Notes under the pieces: model-generated
Database searches by the model: none
Seen by the model: the letters and a program-made list of their open reading frames with translations, nothing else
Told to the model about the DNA's origin: nothing
Shown: positions 31,701-46,134 of the stretch, piece by piece
Layout of the letters: the number at the start of each line of letters is the position of its first letter
Numbering within the stretch: position 1 is the first letter of the stretch
Made by a program: the position numbers and the translations under genes
Assembly: GCF_009914755.1 (NCBI RefSeq)
Contig: NC_060930.1
From: the human T2T-CHM13v2.0 reference genome, Homo sapiens
Reading direction: 5' to 3' (one strand)
Length of the DNA stretch: 64,000 nucleotides

Positions 31701-32364
31701 CCTTGACGATCTTTTAAAAAGGCCAATTTGACCATGTTGGTTCCCTCCTTCGAACCATCTACTGGCTCCCCATTGCTCTTCAGATAAAGACACAAACCCT
31801 TGACCTGTTCTCCATGGTCCTATCCCTGGTCCTGCCCAGCTTCTTCACCTGGTTCAACAGGTACACTTGTCTCTTGGCTGTCTTCTTTCCAGAAACACTG
31901 GCTTGTGCTCCATTCTTTGACTGCTCCATGATTCTTTCTGCCACTTCACATAGGAAGCTCTTACCTTTTCTCTTTCTGTTTCCCTTTTTGGCTAATTAAA
32001 TTCTTGTCATCTTTAAAGGCTTGGCTCAAATGTCTCTTCAAGAAAGCCTTCTCTAATTGCCCAGGGCAGGTCAGACTCCTCTGCTGTGTGCTCTTAATAC
32101 TCTGTGCTTCTCCTTTGTATGATTTGTAGTCTGTCAGTATTGTAATGAAATAATTCATTATGTAATTAATTGCTTAGTGTGCATAAGCGCCGTAATGGCA
32201 GAGGCTATGTCTCTTGTTCATAGTCATAACACCATTGCCTGGCTTGGTGCTTTACACGTGGTAGGCACTCAATAAATATTTGGTGAATGAATAGTTACTA
32301 CGAATAACTATATAAAATATATAAATACATTTTTTCAAGTCAGTACTTTCCCTTTTCCTTTTAG

Positions 32365-32535
32365 GTATTGATGTCAAGCTGAACCATCGTAGGAAGTTGA
32401 AAGCCTTAGAAAGAGGACTTGGTAAAGTTTTTGGATTATCTTGAAACTCTGGCAAGATGGCCAAGTATGGAGAACATGAAGCCAGTCCTGACAATGGGCA
32501 GAACGAATTCAGTGATATCATTAAGTCCAGATCTG
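32365..32535 (+). other. UTRN: UTRN exon 2 (92 nt 5'UTR + 79 nt CDS)
   Basis: Acceptor tactttcccttttccttttag|G at 32364/32365; donor GT at 32536; 171 nt. Confidence 0.95.
32457..32535 (+). CDS. UTRN: Utrophin (A isoform) first coding segment, codons 1-26 plus 1 nt
   Basis: ATG in strong Kozak context (gcaAgATGG) translates to [26 protein letters not shown], the recognised utrophin N-terminus; ends at a phase-1 donor TCTG|GTAGGT. Confidence 0.97.
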
Positions 32536-34513
32536 GTAGGTAAAGGAAGCTCAAGAAAGCTATGGATTTTTATGTATTTAGAAAACCTATGTTTCTTGGA
32601 TTGATTTGCATTGTTCTTGCAAGAACTTCTTGGAGGTGAAGTTCTTTTAAGAAACTGAATTCTGACAAATGACTATAATTTTGTAAAAGGTATATGTAAA
32701 AGGTATAATATCTCTGAGTGTCCTATCCTTTCTCAACCCAATTTTGTGCTTAGTGAAACTGCTGCTTGTAGCTAAAGGTTGTTCATTTGGAAGACTACTC
32801 CATTAAAATAAAATACGACCGAACATTTCTCTTTCTATTTTCTGGAAATTGAAGGGATTATATGCTTAATGTAGGAAGTGCCACAGTTTCTGGCAGGAAA
32901 GATCTTTCACAGTTTGATTTCATTACCATATATCCTCACCCCCATCCCTGTTCATAGCCATTGATAGGCCAACAGGTGTCCTACCTTGAAATATCTTATG
33001 AGCCTTCTCAAGGTAAAATTTTCACCTAGGTAATCTAATAAACCAGACTCAGACAGATTCATGGTTTTCACACGAACAGTTAAATTGGGGTCCTCAGGAT
33101 ACCACCCCCTCCTCCAATCTTTTTATATAACCGAGTGCTTTTTGACTCTGGCTGTACAGATGAATCAACTGGGGAGTTTTAAAAAACGCAGATGCATTGG
33201 CTCCATTCCAGACCCATTGAATAAAAATTTCTGTATTTTTAAAAAGCTTCAAATATGATTCTGAGACAAACTCAAAGGGGAGATATTTTTGAACAGGCAG
33301 AACACTTCTCAGCCTTGAAAATTACACAGAACTCCACCCTGAGTGTGAACACTATACTTAAGTAACTTTGAAAAGTTACTTTGAGGTATAAAATTACATC
33401 CAGTGTCACTTTAAAGACAAAAAAGGAACCCAAAGCCTGTTTTTGCTGTGTGAACCATCTTTATGTTCTGTTAGGAGCTTGTTTCTTATTATGTGAAACT
33501 GTAGAAATACACAGTGAAAATAAGATCTAAATTAACTGTCTTAAAATACACATTTTCCTCCATGATACCGGTGTTGGTTGATTGATAAAGATTTTAGTTA
33601 TTACAGATTTGGCTGTAAATATGTAGCAACTATTGTGTAGCTTGACGGGTCTTTTGAAGGTATAGCTTAATATCTTGTTTTAAAATATGCTTTGAGGATG
33701 TTCTCTTCCTGTAAAATTCTTTTTGTTTTAAATGTTTTAGTGGTATAAGGTACTACAAAAATGTAAGGGATTATTAATATCATCTTAGGAGTACGGAATA
33801 CATATTCAGACATATGTAAATATAACAGAGGAAAATGGAAGAGAGACGATTTAATGTCTCCATACTAGTCATTTTCTATAAATTGTGAGGAGGTATATTC
33901 CTAAATAGTTTTCTGAGTCAGCCTTCATTCTAGTAAGACCTTTGATATTTATAACTTGTACTTTAGCCGTGTCCATAAAAGAGTAATTATCTAATTTCAG
34001 AAATACCGTGTATATATAATGAACATATAAACTCCCAAACTATTTTAATTTAAAATTATCTTTTAAAAAGGCTGATGAACCTAAAATATTGCTGGAGAAC
34101 AATTTGGCAAAAATGATAACATGTTTTTAACACATGCATATCAATTAACTGAGTAATTCTGTTTCTAGAGTTTTTCCCTAGGCAATACATAAAAAGGTAC
34201 ACTCAAGAAATTGATCACAGTATCATTTATAATAGAAAACATTGTAAACACCATGAAAATCTAATATTAGGAATTGGTTAGATCATTATTTCCCAAAGTA
34301 TTTCGAAAAGATCAAAAGTTCTAGGATTGTTAATGTGTAATTCACAAAAGGATGTTATGGTCAAATAGCTTTAGGAAATAGTTGTTTAAACCTATTATTC
34401 TGTTTCTTTACTCTAGCACATCTGAACAGATCATACATGATCTCAGTAGAGGTAACTAAATTAGGGTATATCCATAAAGTAGAAGATTAAGCATTCATAA
34501 AAAGTGATACAGA

Positions 34514-34545
34514 TGTGTGTGATGTGTGTGTGTGTGTGTGTGTGT
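34514..34545. repeat. (TG)n microsatellite within L1ME-like relic
   Basis: Interrupted TG run. Confidence 0.85.
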
Positions 34546-36752
34546 ATGAATATAGAAATGTGTTCTTGATATAGTAAGTAAACAAGTATGTATTATATGA
34601 AGTCATTTATATGAAAAATGTTTTTTAAAAATTTAGTGAAGTATACAATAAATGTTAATAGTGGTCATCTTGGCATTTGAGATTATTACTTTTTTTTTTG
34701 CTGATTTATATTTTCTAAAGTTCTTCAATGAACCCACATTACTGAGTTCTTATATTTTTAAAGATTATCAAATTGCTTAGAGTGTTTAGATGCCAAGGTT
34801 ATGACTATTACTTTTTTTGTGGTGGCATCTACTTCAAAACACACTGAAAATTTAGTTGTTACATAGCTCAGATATGAATCACATTCTTTTGGCTGAATTA
34901 TGTTGCAAAAGCCAGTAGATAAATTTGGATTTGAATGGACCCATTAGTCCCAATCTGGCTTCCTCTAAGGGACTTTTTTTGATTCTTTTAAGGCAAATGC
35001 TTACTATACAGAGGTAATATTTCATGGTACTCTAAAACTTACATATTTTAAGAGATTTTTAGTTTAGATTAAGTCATAGGAATTGTCTACATATCATATA
35101 TGTATTTTAAAGATCCTCTGTCTACATGCTGTATGCCAAATTGGTTGCTTTTCCATTTTTTAAAAGGGAATACTTTCCTTTAGGAAAATTTTGATCCTCA
35201 TCTGCTCTTCCAGGTTTCTTTTTTGGGGGGAAATTGGATGAAAGTGGGGGGACGGAGAGTGTGGTTTCTGCTCTCCAAATCCTCGAGTTTGGACAATCCA
35301 AAAGGCTGGCATAATTAAATTGGCATAATAAAAATGTCTATGCATTTTATGTTAAGTTATTGTGATTATTTTTATTGTCCTCACTTAGTATTACTTTGTT
35401 TCATGCCATTTTGAATATTATAATTTTTTAAATTTTATAATTTTAAAGCCATTTCTACCATCTAAACAGAAATAGGAAGTTGTCAAGGGTACGTAATGAA
35501 GTAGTTTCATAAATACAAAGCCATGTATTTATTTATGGTTGTAGTATACTTGCCTTGGGTTTGGGTGAGTGTTAGAAAGGAACTGGAAAGAATTTGATCT
35601 ATAATGACCAAGGATTTGGTGTTGGGTAAAAGTAGACCTGTCTTTCTCTAACTTAAAAGCACATATGCCAAGTTCATCATCAAGTACTGTATTATTAACA
35701 GCCTTAATTAGTAGGCTTTAGAAAGTTCAACAAGTTAGTAAATATTTTGAAACAATAGGCCAAGACTAAGAATTTTTAAAAAGTGAAATTTATTGCCAGT
35801 AGAGTGTGTGATGCAGAAAGTACTGCTTGGAACATTTTAAACATGAAATAATAAAATGGTTTGGGATGCATATACAATCGAAGAATATCCTCACTGCTAT
35901 TTCATTCAATAATTAACATACATTAAAGCTAGTAACACAGAATAAGTCATCCTTTTCTGTTGCTGTCAGTGTTGTTGTGGTTTTATCCCAGAGCCCTGTA
36001 GAAAGAGTAGACCTCAGGGCTAAGGACAGTGTGTCAGCTGGCTCCATGTGGAGTTCTTGACAGTTTGGGATTATAGACTCTCAGCTGGGAAAGAACTGTT
36101 TGATGAATGAAATAGTTGGGCAAGCTTCACATTTTTGGATAATTCAATGTGTTCTTCAAGCGACCTTGGGCTGGAAGCCTGTGTGTAACAATTTTATCAT
36201 TTCTTCCTTTGCATTTTCTCTTCTTGTCTAATCTTAGGATCTAATTGTTGAGGGAACCTTAAACGCCCTATAACCCAGCCATTCCTGTGATGTGCTCACC
36301 CAGTCTCTGTTTGCACACCTCCAATGATGGCATCTCACTGCTGCTGCTGATGATGACGATTCTAGCAACTTACACTAATTGAACACATTCTGTGTGCAGA
36401 TGTGGTGCTAACAGTTTAATCCTCACAACCGCCATTTTGCAGATGATAAATGTGAGCCATACTGAAGTGATTTGTGGCACTGGACTTCTTTCTATTTCTC
36501 CAAAGGCCCAGTGTGTCTTCCTCAGGGCCTTTGCACATCTCTCTTCTTCCATCTTTGCCTGGCTGGTTCCTTCTTGTCATTTAGATGTAGGCCTAATGTC
36601 ACCTCTTCAGAGATCTTCCTTGCTGACTTTAGAAAGTAGCTCTCCCAGTCACTCTTGACTGCATCTCTGTATTTACGTTCCCTGTGTTGTTCTTAGCACT
36701 CTCTGGTACCTTTTCTGGTACTGTGTGTTCATTAATAGCCTTCCCACTAGAA

Positions 36753-37084
36753 CAGGGCTCCCCAACTCCCAGGGCCTGGACTGGTACCAGTCCGTTGCCT
36801 GTTAGGGACCAGGTGGCACAGCAGGAGGTGAGTGGTGGCTGAGCAAGCACTACCGCCTGAGCTCTGCCTCCTGTCAGATCAGCGGCAGCATTAGATTCTC
36901 ATAGGAGTGAGACTCTATGGTGAACCGCACATGCGAGGGATCTAGGTTGCCTGCTCCTTATGAGAATCTAATGCCTGATGATCTGAGGTAGAACAGTTTC
37001 ATCCCAAAACCATCCCCCTCATCCCTTGGAAAAATTGTCTGCCATGAAACTGGTCCCTGGTGCCAAAAAGGCTGGGGACTGCTG
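36753..37084 (+). mobile_element. MER1B hAT-Charlie MITE inserted in L2
   Basis: CAGGGCTCCCCAAC...GCTGGGGACTGCTG termini, internal palindrome gcattagattctcata/tatgagaatctaatgc, 8-bp TSD cactagaa/cactttaa. Confidence 0.92.
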
Positions 37085-37814
37085 CACTTTAATTAACTCC
37101 CCAAGAGCAGGGACCAATACATCCCTGGTACTGAGCCCAATGCCTGGCTCATAATAGGTGAGCAATAAATGTTTATTCAATGATAAAGGCTACAGAGTCT
37201 GGAAGTGCCAGAGCTGGCATTTGAACTCAGATGATCTGACTCTAGAAACCCTGCATTTGACCTCTATGGAGTGCCCAGTCTCCTAACTCACAAGACATTT
37301 TATTCCATTGCTGCTCGGTGACTCTTCTTCATTTTGTGCCTAATTCTGTCCCTTACACATTTTGCACTGTATTAATTGTATTTATACAGCTCTTCTATCT
37401 CTTTTTTTGTAGTTTTCAGGGGTGGGACCCTGGACTGTGAGGTAGAGCTCCTCTGGACCCCAGGTTAGTATCTCAGAGCCCTGACAAGGGAAGGCCAATT
37501 GTAAGAGACACAGCCTACTGCTTCTGGGCCAGTTGCATCCTTTCTTGATTTTTGGCTCTAGTCTCTGTCATTCTCTGTTGAGTTAGCAAAGGGGAAAATA
37601 CCAGAGGACAAACAGTCCTTTGGGTGGAAGATAGAGAAATGGATAATGTGTTTCTGACATGAATTCCTTTTTCTCTTTTCTTCTGACTACTGCTCAAGGC
37701 TTTTAACGAGCTGAAGTTAAAAAAAAAAAAGGTAGTGGATTTCATAAGGACTGACATTTGGCACAGTGTAGGTCCTGGTCCGATGCCCAGATAGGTATCT
37801 GTGGTACTGAAAGA

Positions 37815-37881
37815 GTTGGTTGAGGAGTGTAGGGGAAGGAAGCAAAGGGTTGGTTGAGGAGTGTAGGGGAAGGAAGCAAAG
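37815..37881. repeat. Perfect tandem duplication, period 34
   Basis: gttggttgaggagtgtaggggaaggaagcaaag twice. Confidence 0.95.
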
Positions 37882-40670
37882 AGAGACCAGTGAAATAAAA
37901 ATAAAACAAATTATTAAATATGAAATATTATACCAGGTTACATTTATAGCAAGCCTCCTGAAAATCTGCTATGTTTGGAAAGTAAACTTGCTTAACAAGA
38001 TTCAATTTTATGAAAATTCTGAGGAGGATTACCTTATTTGTTTATCTTTCTGAGGCCTTTCTTGAGGAAAGACAGTGGTTAAGTTGTATTTAGGCAGTCA
38101 TCGGTCTATTTCTTTCTTTTATGTTTAAAGCAGTATCTGTGAGGGGATTTTTCTAAACAGCTCAAGGGACTGTGAAAAAATAGTTCATTTTTTGTTTCTC
38201 CTGAAGCTTTCCTTGGCTGGAATACCTGTGCTTTGAAGGGAGGTCTTTGAGCAGGTTTGTTTTTTTCCATGAGCCCTGGGGATTTGTAGTGATAGACAGT
38301 AACCCTGATGGAAATTCAACTCTGGCAGAGAAGGGCAGCTATTCTTGTCCTGCTTGTAAAGATATTCTCCATGTTGTTACCTCATTATGCTGAAGTAGTG
38401 CAATCATGAGAAAGTTTTTTTGTATTAATGTGATTCTCATGACCTGTTACTATGGTTGTGAAACTTTTAGAGGAGATCCATTCCCGACTGGAAAACGTGA
38501 ATTGCTGAGGATGATTCTAAGCAAAGGAAGTACGTTAATTATATAGACAGAACAGAGAACTCAATTTTATTGAACCTTATTTGTACCCAGAAGTTTGAAC
38601 TAGATGCTGATATGATGATTTTTCTGGGAACAAGTCAACATGCAAGACTATTTGAGCAGCTGTAAATATTAGTTAAAATTTAATCTAAAGCAATGGAGAA
38701 AGGGTACTCTGCTGAAGTGGTTTCAGATGCATTGGCTGGATTTTTTTTTCTCCCCTTAAATTGTGTGGAGGCATAGACATTTACTATGTTATATTTTTAT
38801 CTTTTTATATGCCTTAACTGTTTAATAATAAATAGACTTATTTCAATATTTGAAATGTGAGGCAGTATGAGTTCTTAATGTATACTTACTCTCGAGATGA
38901 TGGCTCTTGGACTGAGAAATTGAAACCAGGTCCCAGTCCTTTCGCTTTTACTTCCTGTGACACTGGATTTGCACATGTCAATTCCAGGAAGCAGGTAGTT
39001 TCCAGCATCCATGTGGTTTTCCAATCTTTGCATTTGTGCCTTTAAACAACCAAATACCTGACGTTTATTAATATCCTGTGGGGCTCTTCTATCAGAAGCA
39101 CATTCTCTTGGCCCGGTTCATAAGGGAAATGTCTGTGTATGCGCATCTGGCAGCTAAGATTAAGGTTTACAGTGGTATAACCTCACCTTCACTTTTAAGA
39201 AATTAAGTTTAAAAAAAATGCAGATCTGTCTTTCATAGCAGTGGAGCTCAACAACACATAGAGCATGAGAGTCACATTTTTTGTGTGAATATTTTCGAAT
39301 GAGCCTTTTTTGGTATGTGGACGGGTGGCTAGTTACATTCAGTTCAATCCTTTTAACATTTAATTATGGAACAAAATCTTTTTTCAAAGTGTAGAGAAAA
39401 GCATATAAGGGCATTTCTGATGTAGCAGAGGAATCCAATAAAAAATATGACTTTGTGTCTCTAAAGTGGTACAGCTTTGAAATTAACACATCTGTATAAT
39501 TTCAAAAGTATGATCTCTTTAGATCTTTTTCTTTAATTTCATAGTCTTAATTTTTGCAAATTTCTTCAACTCCATTCTCTAATTAAGATTTTGGTATACA
39601 ATATTTATATGCAAAAGATTTTTGGTGCAGGAAATAACATTTTGAGGTTGATACTAATTGATTTGTTCACTTGCCCCTCAAAGGCTACGTGTGAGTCATG
39701 TTATTTAACATTGATCCAGTCAATATGTAGATTTATGCACATGCTTTTATTTTGAAAACTAGGTTTTGAGCTTCTCACATATGGAGTTCCTAATTCAAGC
39801 TTTATGTCAGAACCACCCTTCTGGGTCCAGACTCAGATATGTGGGGTGGGGTCCCAGCATCTGGAGTTTTAACAAGTTCTGTGGGCTATTCTCTTTAGTG
39901 CTCTTAATTTATAGACAAGGAAGGCAGGTTTAAAAGTCATAGAACCAAAGTGAAAATGATCTGCATTTTAGAGGAGCAAGGAAAGCTACAACGTTTATTA
40001 TTTCTACTTATAAACACTTCCCTTTAAATAATTTGAAAAGATAATAGATTTCATGATGTTGGGCATTTTTTCTTTTACACTGTATTTTGAAGAGTTTGGG
40101 TTGTGTTGGGTGAAGTTAAAAGTGAGGAAAGTGGGTCAGGAGAGTGATGAAACCTGGTGCATTTCTTATTTTGGCCCATTGAACCAGAAGATGATACCAA
40201 TATATCTAGTGCCGACATATTTCTCCACTGCGCTCCTTAGTTATTGCTGCAGTGTGTTCAAGGTCTTCTTGCTGTGAGTGTAACATCACATCTTGAACTC
40301 TTTTTCTAGGGAATGCATCAGCTTAGAGTCCGCTGATGCATTCATTATAAAAATGTATTGTGTATATTTTCTATTACATTATTTCAAAGACAGACGTGTT
40401 TTTGAATCATGGTGGGAAAAAAACTCCTCACATTCAACCTCTATGCTAGTTTTCTTATCTTAAGGGGGGGTGGTTAGAGAAATGTATTATATATGTATTA
40501 ATATTTGCCTCCCTGTTTTTTAATTCTAAATAGGTGACATATTTAATATAACTATGCTTGCTTTTGAAATAATTTGCCTACCATTCTTTAAAATGAGTGA
40601 ATTTTAAAAGATGTATAGTGATTTTTATGTGAAGATGAATTAAAGAGTTAAGTGACATAGACCACCGTAG

Positions 40671-41017
<347 letters not shown>

Positions 41018-42147
41018 TCTTGTGATATCCTTATATTCAGTTAACCAAACCAAATCAAGTCAAATAACAAACCCCAAACCTTTTATAGACCTTGAGTTAT
41101 TTGCAGATCTTTGGGGTTATTTACCTGTCTTTTGAGCTTTAATCTTTTACCTCTTTGAAGATACAGGAAGGGATCTTTATTTCTTCTTTGATAAAATAAC
41201 CTTCAGAGTGACTTGAGATACGGAATTGCTTCTTTGTATATCATTGTGTGGTATTTGAGATCACATCTCAAAATTTAATGAGACCTGCTCCTCAGGCAGT
41301 TTTAAGATTAAGGATCAAAAAGGGAGCCACTGGAAAGGTGTGAGTGGCTGGTAATCTATGTTAGAACAGAGACTTTGGTGCAGAGGTTGGCCATGTTCAT
41401 ATGTGGAGTAAGTTTTCATGAAACAGGAGGAAGCCTTTTCTTATTTGAAACTAAGAAACTGCAAAATAAAAGTAATAAAATACCCCGAAGCAAATAGACT
41501 TTAAAACAACATTTGGTCCTAAGTTGTATATGACCAATTTCTTAAAGTGATTGTTATATTGCCAGTTTTGAAATTATATTATCTTTTAAAATTTAAAATG
41601 TAAATATTGTCTCAGGGGTGGGAGGATGAATCTCCATCTTATTTAGTGTTAAAGGCTCCTGGACTTACCCTAAAGCCCAGCTTTTTCGGTGGGGGGCTCA
41701 TAAATAAAACTGTGTGTGTTCTAGTTTACTCTGTTACCTCATCTAGTTCCTTTAGGTGATTAGAAAATGCCGTATTAGCAAATATAAAAAGGTTTACTTT
41801 TGTGTTTTTACATGTGAAATCAATGGCCAGTTCTATAATGTTAACATATCAGACCCTTAATTATATATTAACTCCCATTTTGATAGTTTGTATAGAAAAA
41901 TCAGAGTTGACTTGAATTATTTGAACTTGCATACGCTTTTTCAAGATACGTAACGTGTTGTAAATTAGAAGAGTGTTGGTGTTTTCGGAACACATGCATA
42001 TGCTTGCTGTCTCAGGGCAGCCTTGTTGGGCATTTGGTGTCAGACATACCTTATTCTGAGGGCCTTGGCATCAAGGCAGATTGCTCAGAGAGGGGGTCTC
42101 TCTGCATATATGTCTAAGGGAGACATTTAGGGAAGTCTCATGCCATC

Positions 42148-42460
42148 CTATCTTTCTTTCTTTCTTTTTTTTTTTTTTTTTTTTTTTTGAGACAGGGTCT
42201 TGCTCCATTGCCCAGGCTGGAGTGCAGTGACTCAATTTCAGCCCTCCGCCTCCCAGGTTCAAGTGATTCTTCTGCCTCAGCCTCCCAAGTAGCTGGGATT
42301 ACAGGTGCCTGCCACCATGCTTGGCTACTTTTTGTATTTTTAGTAGAAGTGGAGTTTCACCACGTTGCCGAGGCTGGTCCTGAGCTCCTAACCTCAAGTG
42401 AACCGCCTGCCTTGGCCTCCCAAAATACTGGATTACAGGCGTGAGACACTGCTCATGGCC
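42148..42460 (-). mobile_element. AluS
   Basis: Antisense Alu with (CTTT)n/T tail. Confidence 0.9.
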
Positions 42461-42812
42461 ACCATCCTACTTTCTAACAGCACTGCCCCACCCTCCCCCT
42501 CGCCCCAAAAACCACCATGAAGGAGGCAGAGGGCACCAGGTGAAGACTGCCCATGGTCCTTTTCTTACCTCTGTGACTTCGCTTGTTTTGTGTTCTGGGC
42601 TTGATTGTTCTCCTTCTCCCTGCGTCCCCAGTTTTGCAACCTCCATCTTTAAAACATCAGCATCAGTGCCACCAGGTGTTCTGCTCTCTGTGCTATCTGC
42701 ATGCCAGAATCAATCTTTCCCACGTGTTCACTCTTCATTTCTGTTTGTGGCCCTTCTGGCTTGTGTATGTCTATATGCCTTTTTTCATCTGACTTTCTGA
42801 TGCTAGCCTTTA

Positions 42813-43151
<339 letters not shown>

Positions 43152-43854
43152 CTATGCCTTTTAATGGTTTTAAAAATTACACTTGCTTACATACATACCT
43201 CATTCATTCAGCAAATGGTTATTGTTCATTCATTGTTAGATGCTGGGCTCAGAGATAAGCAAGACCCACCTCTGTTCTTAAGATGCTCTCAGGCTAGTTG
43301 GAAAGAAAGACATCAATAAACATCCCCACACAAACCAGGGACACATGGAGGGAGGAAGGATGTCTTGCTTTGGTTGGAATGAGGGTAGGTTTGAGTAAGA
43401 GAGCGTGAAAGAGGCAAGGAATTTGAGGTGTGCCTTGAAGGATGTGTAAGAGGCAACGCTGTGGACAGTGTGGGAAGAACATTGCAGATGATGAGAAAAG
43501 AGCAAGGCATTTGAAGTCTGTCCCTGGTAACTGAGTGTGGCTGGGGTAATGGGGATGATGGGAGAAGCTGGGGTCAGATTTCGAAAGCCCTTTTGAAGCA
43601 GGGTTTATTTGATCTTTCCCTGTAAGAAGCCACTACAGGATTTTAGGTGAGTTAATGACTAGCTCAGAACTGTTTTTCAGAAAGATAACTTGGCTGGCAG
43701 CAGGAAAGATAGATTTGGAAGGTAGCAGAGTTAGGGGGAGGCAGGGAACAGGTAAGAGTTGTGAAAAAATTGAGGTTAAGGAGTATAAGGACTTGGACCA
43801 GAGTGGTACAAGAGGAGACTGAGCAGGGGAAAGGATGTGAAAAGTGGTTAGCAG

Positions 43855-44016
43855 TTAGTAACAGGGTGTGCAAAGCCTCAATGTAAACTTCGCCTTTGTG
43901 GGATTTGTTAGTTAGTAACAGTATGTTTAAAGCCTCTAGGTAAATTTCACCTTTGTGGGACTTTTTAGTAACAGTATCTATAAAGCCGCAATGTAAACTT
44001 CACCTTGGTGGGATTT
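43855..44016. repeat. Three-copy ~55-bp minisatellite
   Basis: ttagtaacag...aaagcc...gtaaa(c/t)ttc(a/g)cctt(t/g)gtggga units starting at 43855, 43912 and 43965. Confidence 0.9.
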
Positions 44017-45561
44017 GCTTTATGTTTTCAATGAGGTATGTAGTTTTTCAAATCGTACTGTAATTCAGATTTTCAACACTTTCGGTTATTAGCTTTTTCT
44101 CTAGAATTTTCTTGATCAATTTCTTAACCGTTTACAGTTACTTCTACTTCTTACTGAAGTTGACTACTGCTGTTTTTCTCACAGTACCTCTTGGTCAGTT
44201 TATATGGGGAACTTCAAATTCAGTTCAGCTGCAATAGGATCTGTATTTTTTTCTATATATATTCTGAGAGAAGGGTCATGCTTTAGGAAAAAGTTGATGA
44301 AAATGAGAAAAGAGATGGTTTATTCATGTCTATGCAGTATACTATTAACAGTTCTTTGAAAAAGTAGCAAAGAAAGGTAATGTTAATCTCATCTTAAATG
44401 AAGGTAAAACTCTTGCACAGCTAAGAGAAAATCTATATACTAAAAGAGTTTGGAAAACTACTTCAGAGGAACTTTAATTAAAGAGTAGTCTAATGTGATG
44501 CTGTGAAGATAATGCCATCCTCTATTAGTAATTTCAGCTTCAACAAATAGGATAGAATAAATGCAAATTAAAAATAAATTAGGAGCAGATGTTGAGAAAT
44601 ATCTTACATTTAGGGAATTCTTAAGTGGTAGAAGGGCCCTGGAGTTCAGTTAATAAAGCTGGGATGCTCAGAAATTATAATAATTCAGGTAACAAATGCT
44701 TTCCTTAATGTGATGCTCTGCTGTGGAGGTTTTGGGAATAGAAGAAAGAAGAGGCTGTTATTGTCATACTGTTTGTAAGTTCATCTTTCTTTACATTCAG
44801 TGGATAACTAAAATCTACTATATATGCTGATATTTCAGAAATGGTGGTTCCCTTAACCTTCAAGAAAAAACAAAAGCTCTCATTTGTAAACACTTGCAAG
44901 CATTCTTGGGTTGTCTCTTGGTGGTACCCAAGTTTTTGCTTTGGCCGGTAAGAGACTTTTGCATAGTACTTTGTTGCCTTGCCTCTACAACATGTTAGGC
45001 TTGTGGATTGGCGCATGGTGAATAAGACACAGTTCCAGTTGTCGACTGTCTGTCACCTAGAGAGGGCAGGTACACAGGAATTTAAGAAAACAGATTAAAC
45101 AGGCAGTTACACAGTTGTAAAAGTAAAAACAGCACAGATTGCTGTGTGAGCTCACGGGAGTGGTACCTGACATCCCAGGGCTTCAAGGAAGGCATCTTGG
45201 AAGAGTGGATATCTAAGCTGAGATCTGAAAGAATGAGTGGGGATGTGGGGAGGCTGTTAAGACAGAGGGAGTTGATGACAAGAGGTTTGGAGGTGAGAAT
45301 TGTGAGGTTTTCAATATGGCTAAAGCAGGATGCTGGAGAATGAAGCTGAGAAGAGTGTTATAAGCCATCTTTAGGAGTTTGAGTTGTATCCTAAGCATAA
45401 TGGTGAATCTTTGAAAGGGCTTTAAAATTAAAAAAATTTATATTTATATATTTATCATTTTTAAAATTCTGAAGTATTCAATCTAAAAAAATGTACAGGA
45501 AATGATATATCAGATATGCTCGTGCCCTCATTTGAAATTTATCAGCTGTTAATGTTTTGAC

Positions 45562-45799
<238 letters not shown>

Positions 45800-46134
45800 T
45801 AGGTTGTATTTTAAAGAGCTAATTATGTCAGCATAGATAAATCTTAAAAACAATTTGACTACAAACAAAAATCAGGTTGCACAATGTATTGAATGGTACT
45901 GTATATAAAGCTCATATACCTGCAGAAATTGCCCTGCAGTGTTTATGTATTCATATTATAAATATATAGCAAAATACAAAAATTTTTATGGAAATTATAA
46001 ACACTAGATTTCTTTAGAGATAGTGAGAGAGGAGGTTCTTCAGTTTTATCTATAATATTTAATTCCTCAATGAAAATAGAAATAGAATCTTAAATTAATA
46101 TGAAATAATGCTGATTTGTGAACTGAGTGATGAC

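Noticed and set aside
32419-32604. 61-aa ORF overlapping exon 2
   Set aside because: Wrong frame with a TTG start; the true CDS starts at 32457 and is spliced at 32535.
33360-33381. 10-bp inverted repeat (and a similar short stem at ~56475-56510)
   Set aside because: Short stems of this size are expected by chance in 64 kb, and there is no supporting context.
36886-36974. Long hairpin as a possible novel pre-miRNA
   Set aside because: It is the intrinsic internal palindrome of MER1B; nothing in the sequence indicates processing.
43855-44016. CRISPR-like repeat-spacer array (also 4698-4830)
   Set aside because: Eukaryotic context, units are wholly homologous with no unique spacers, and no cas genes.
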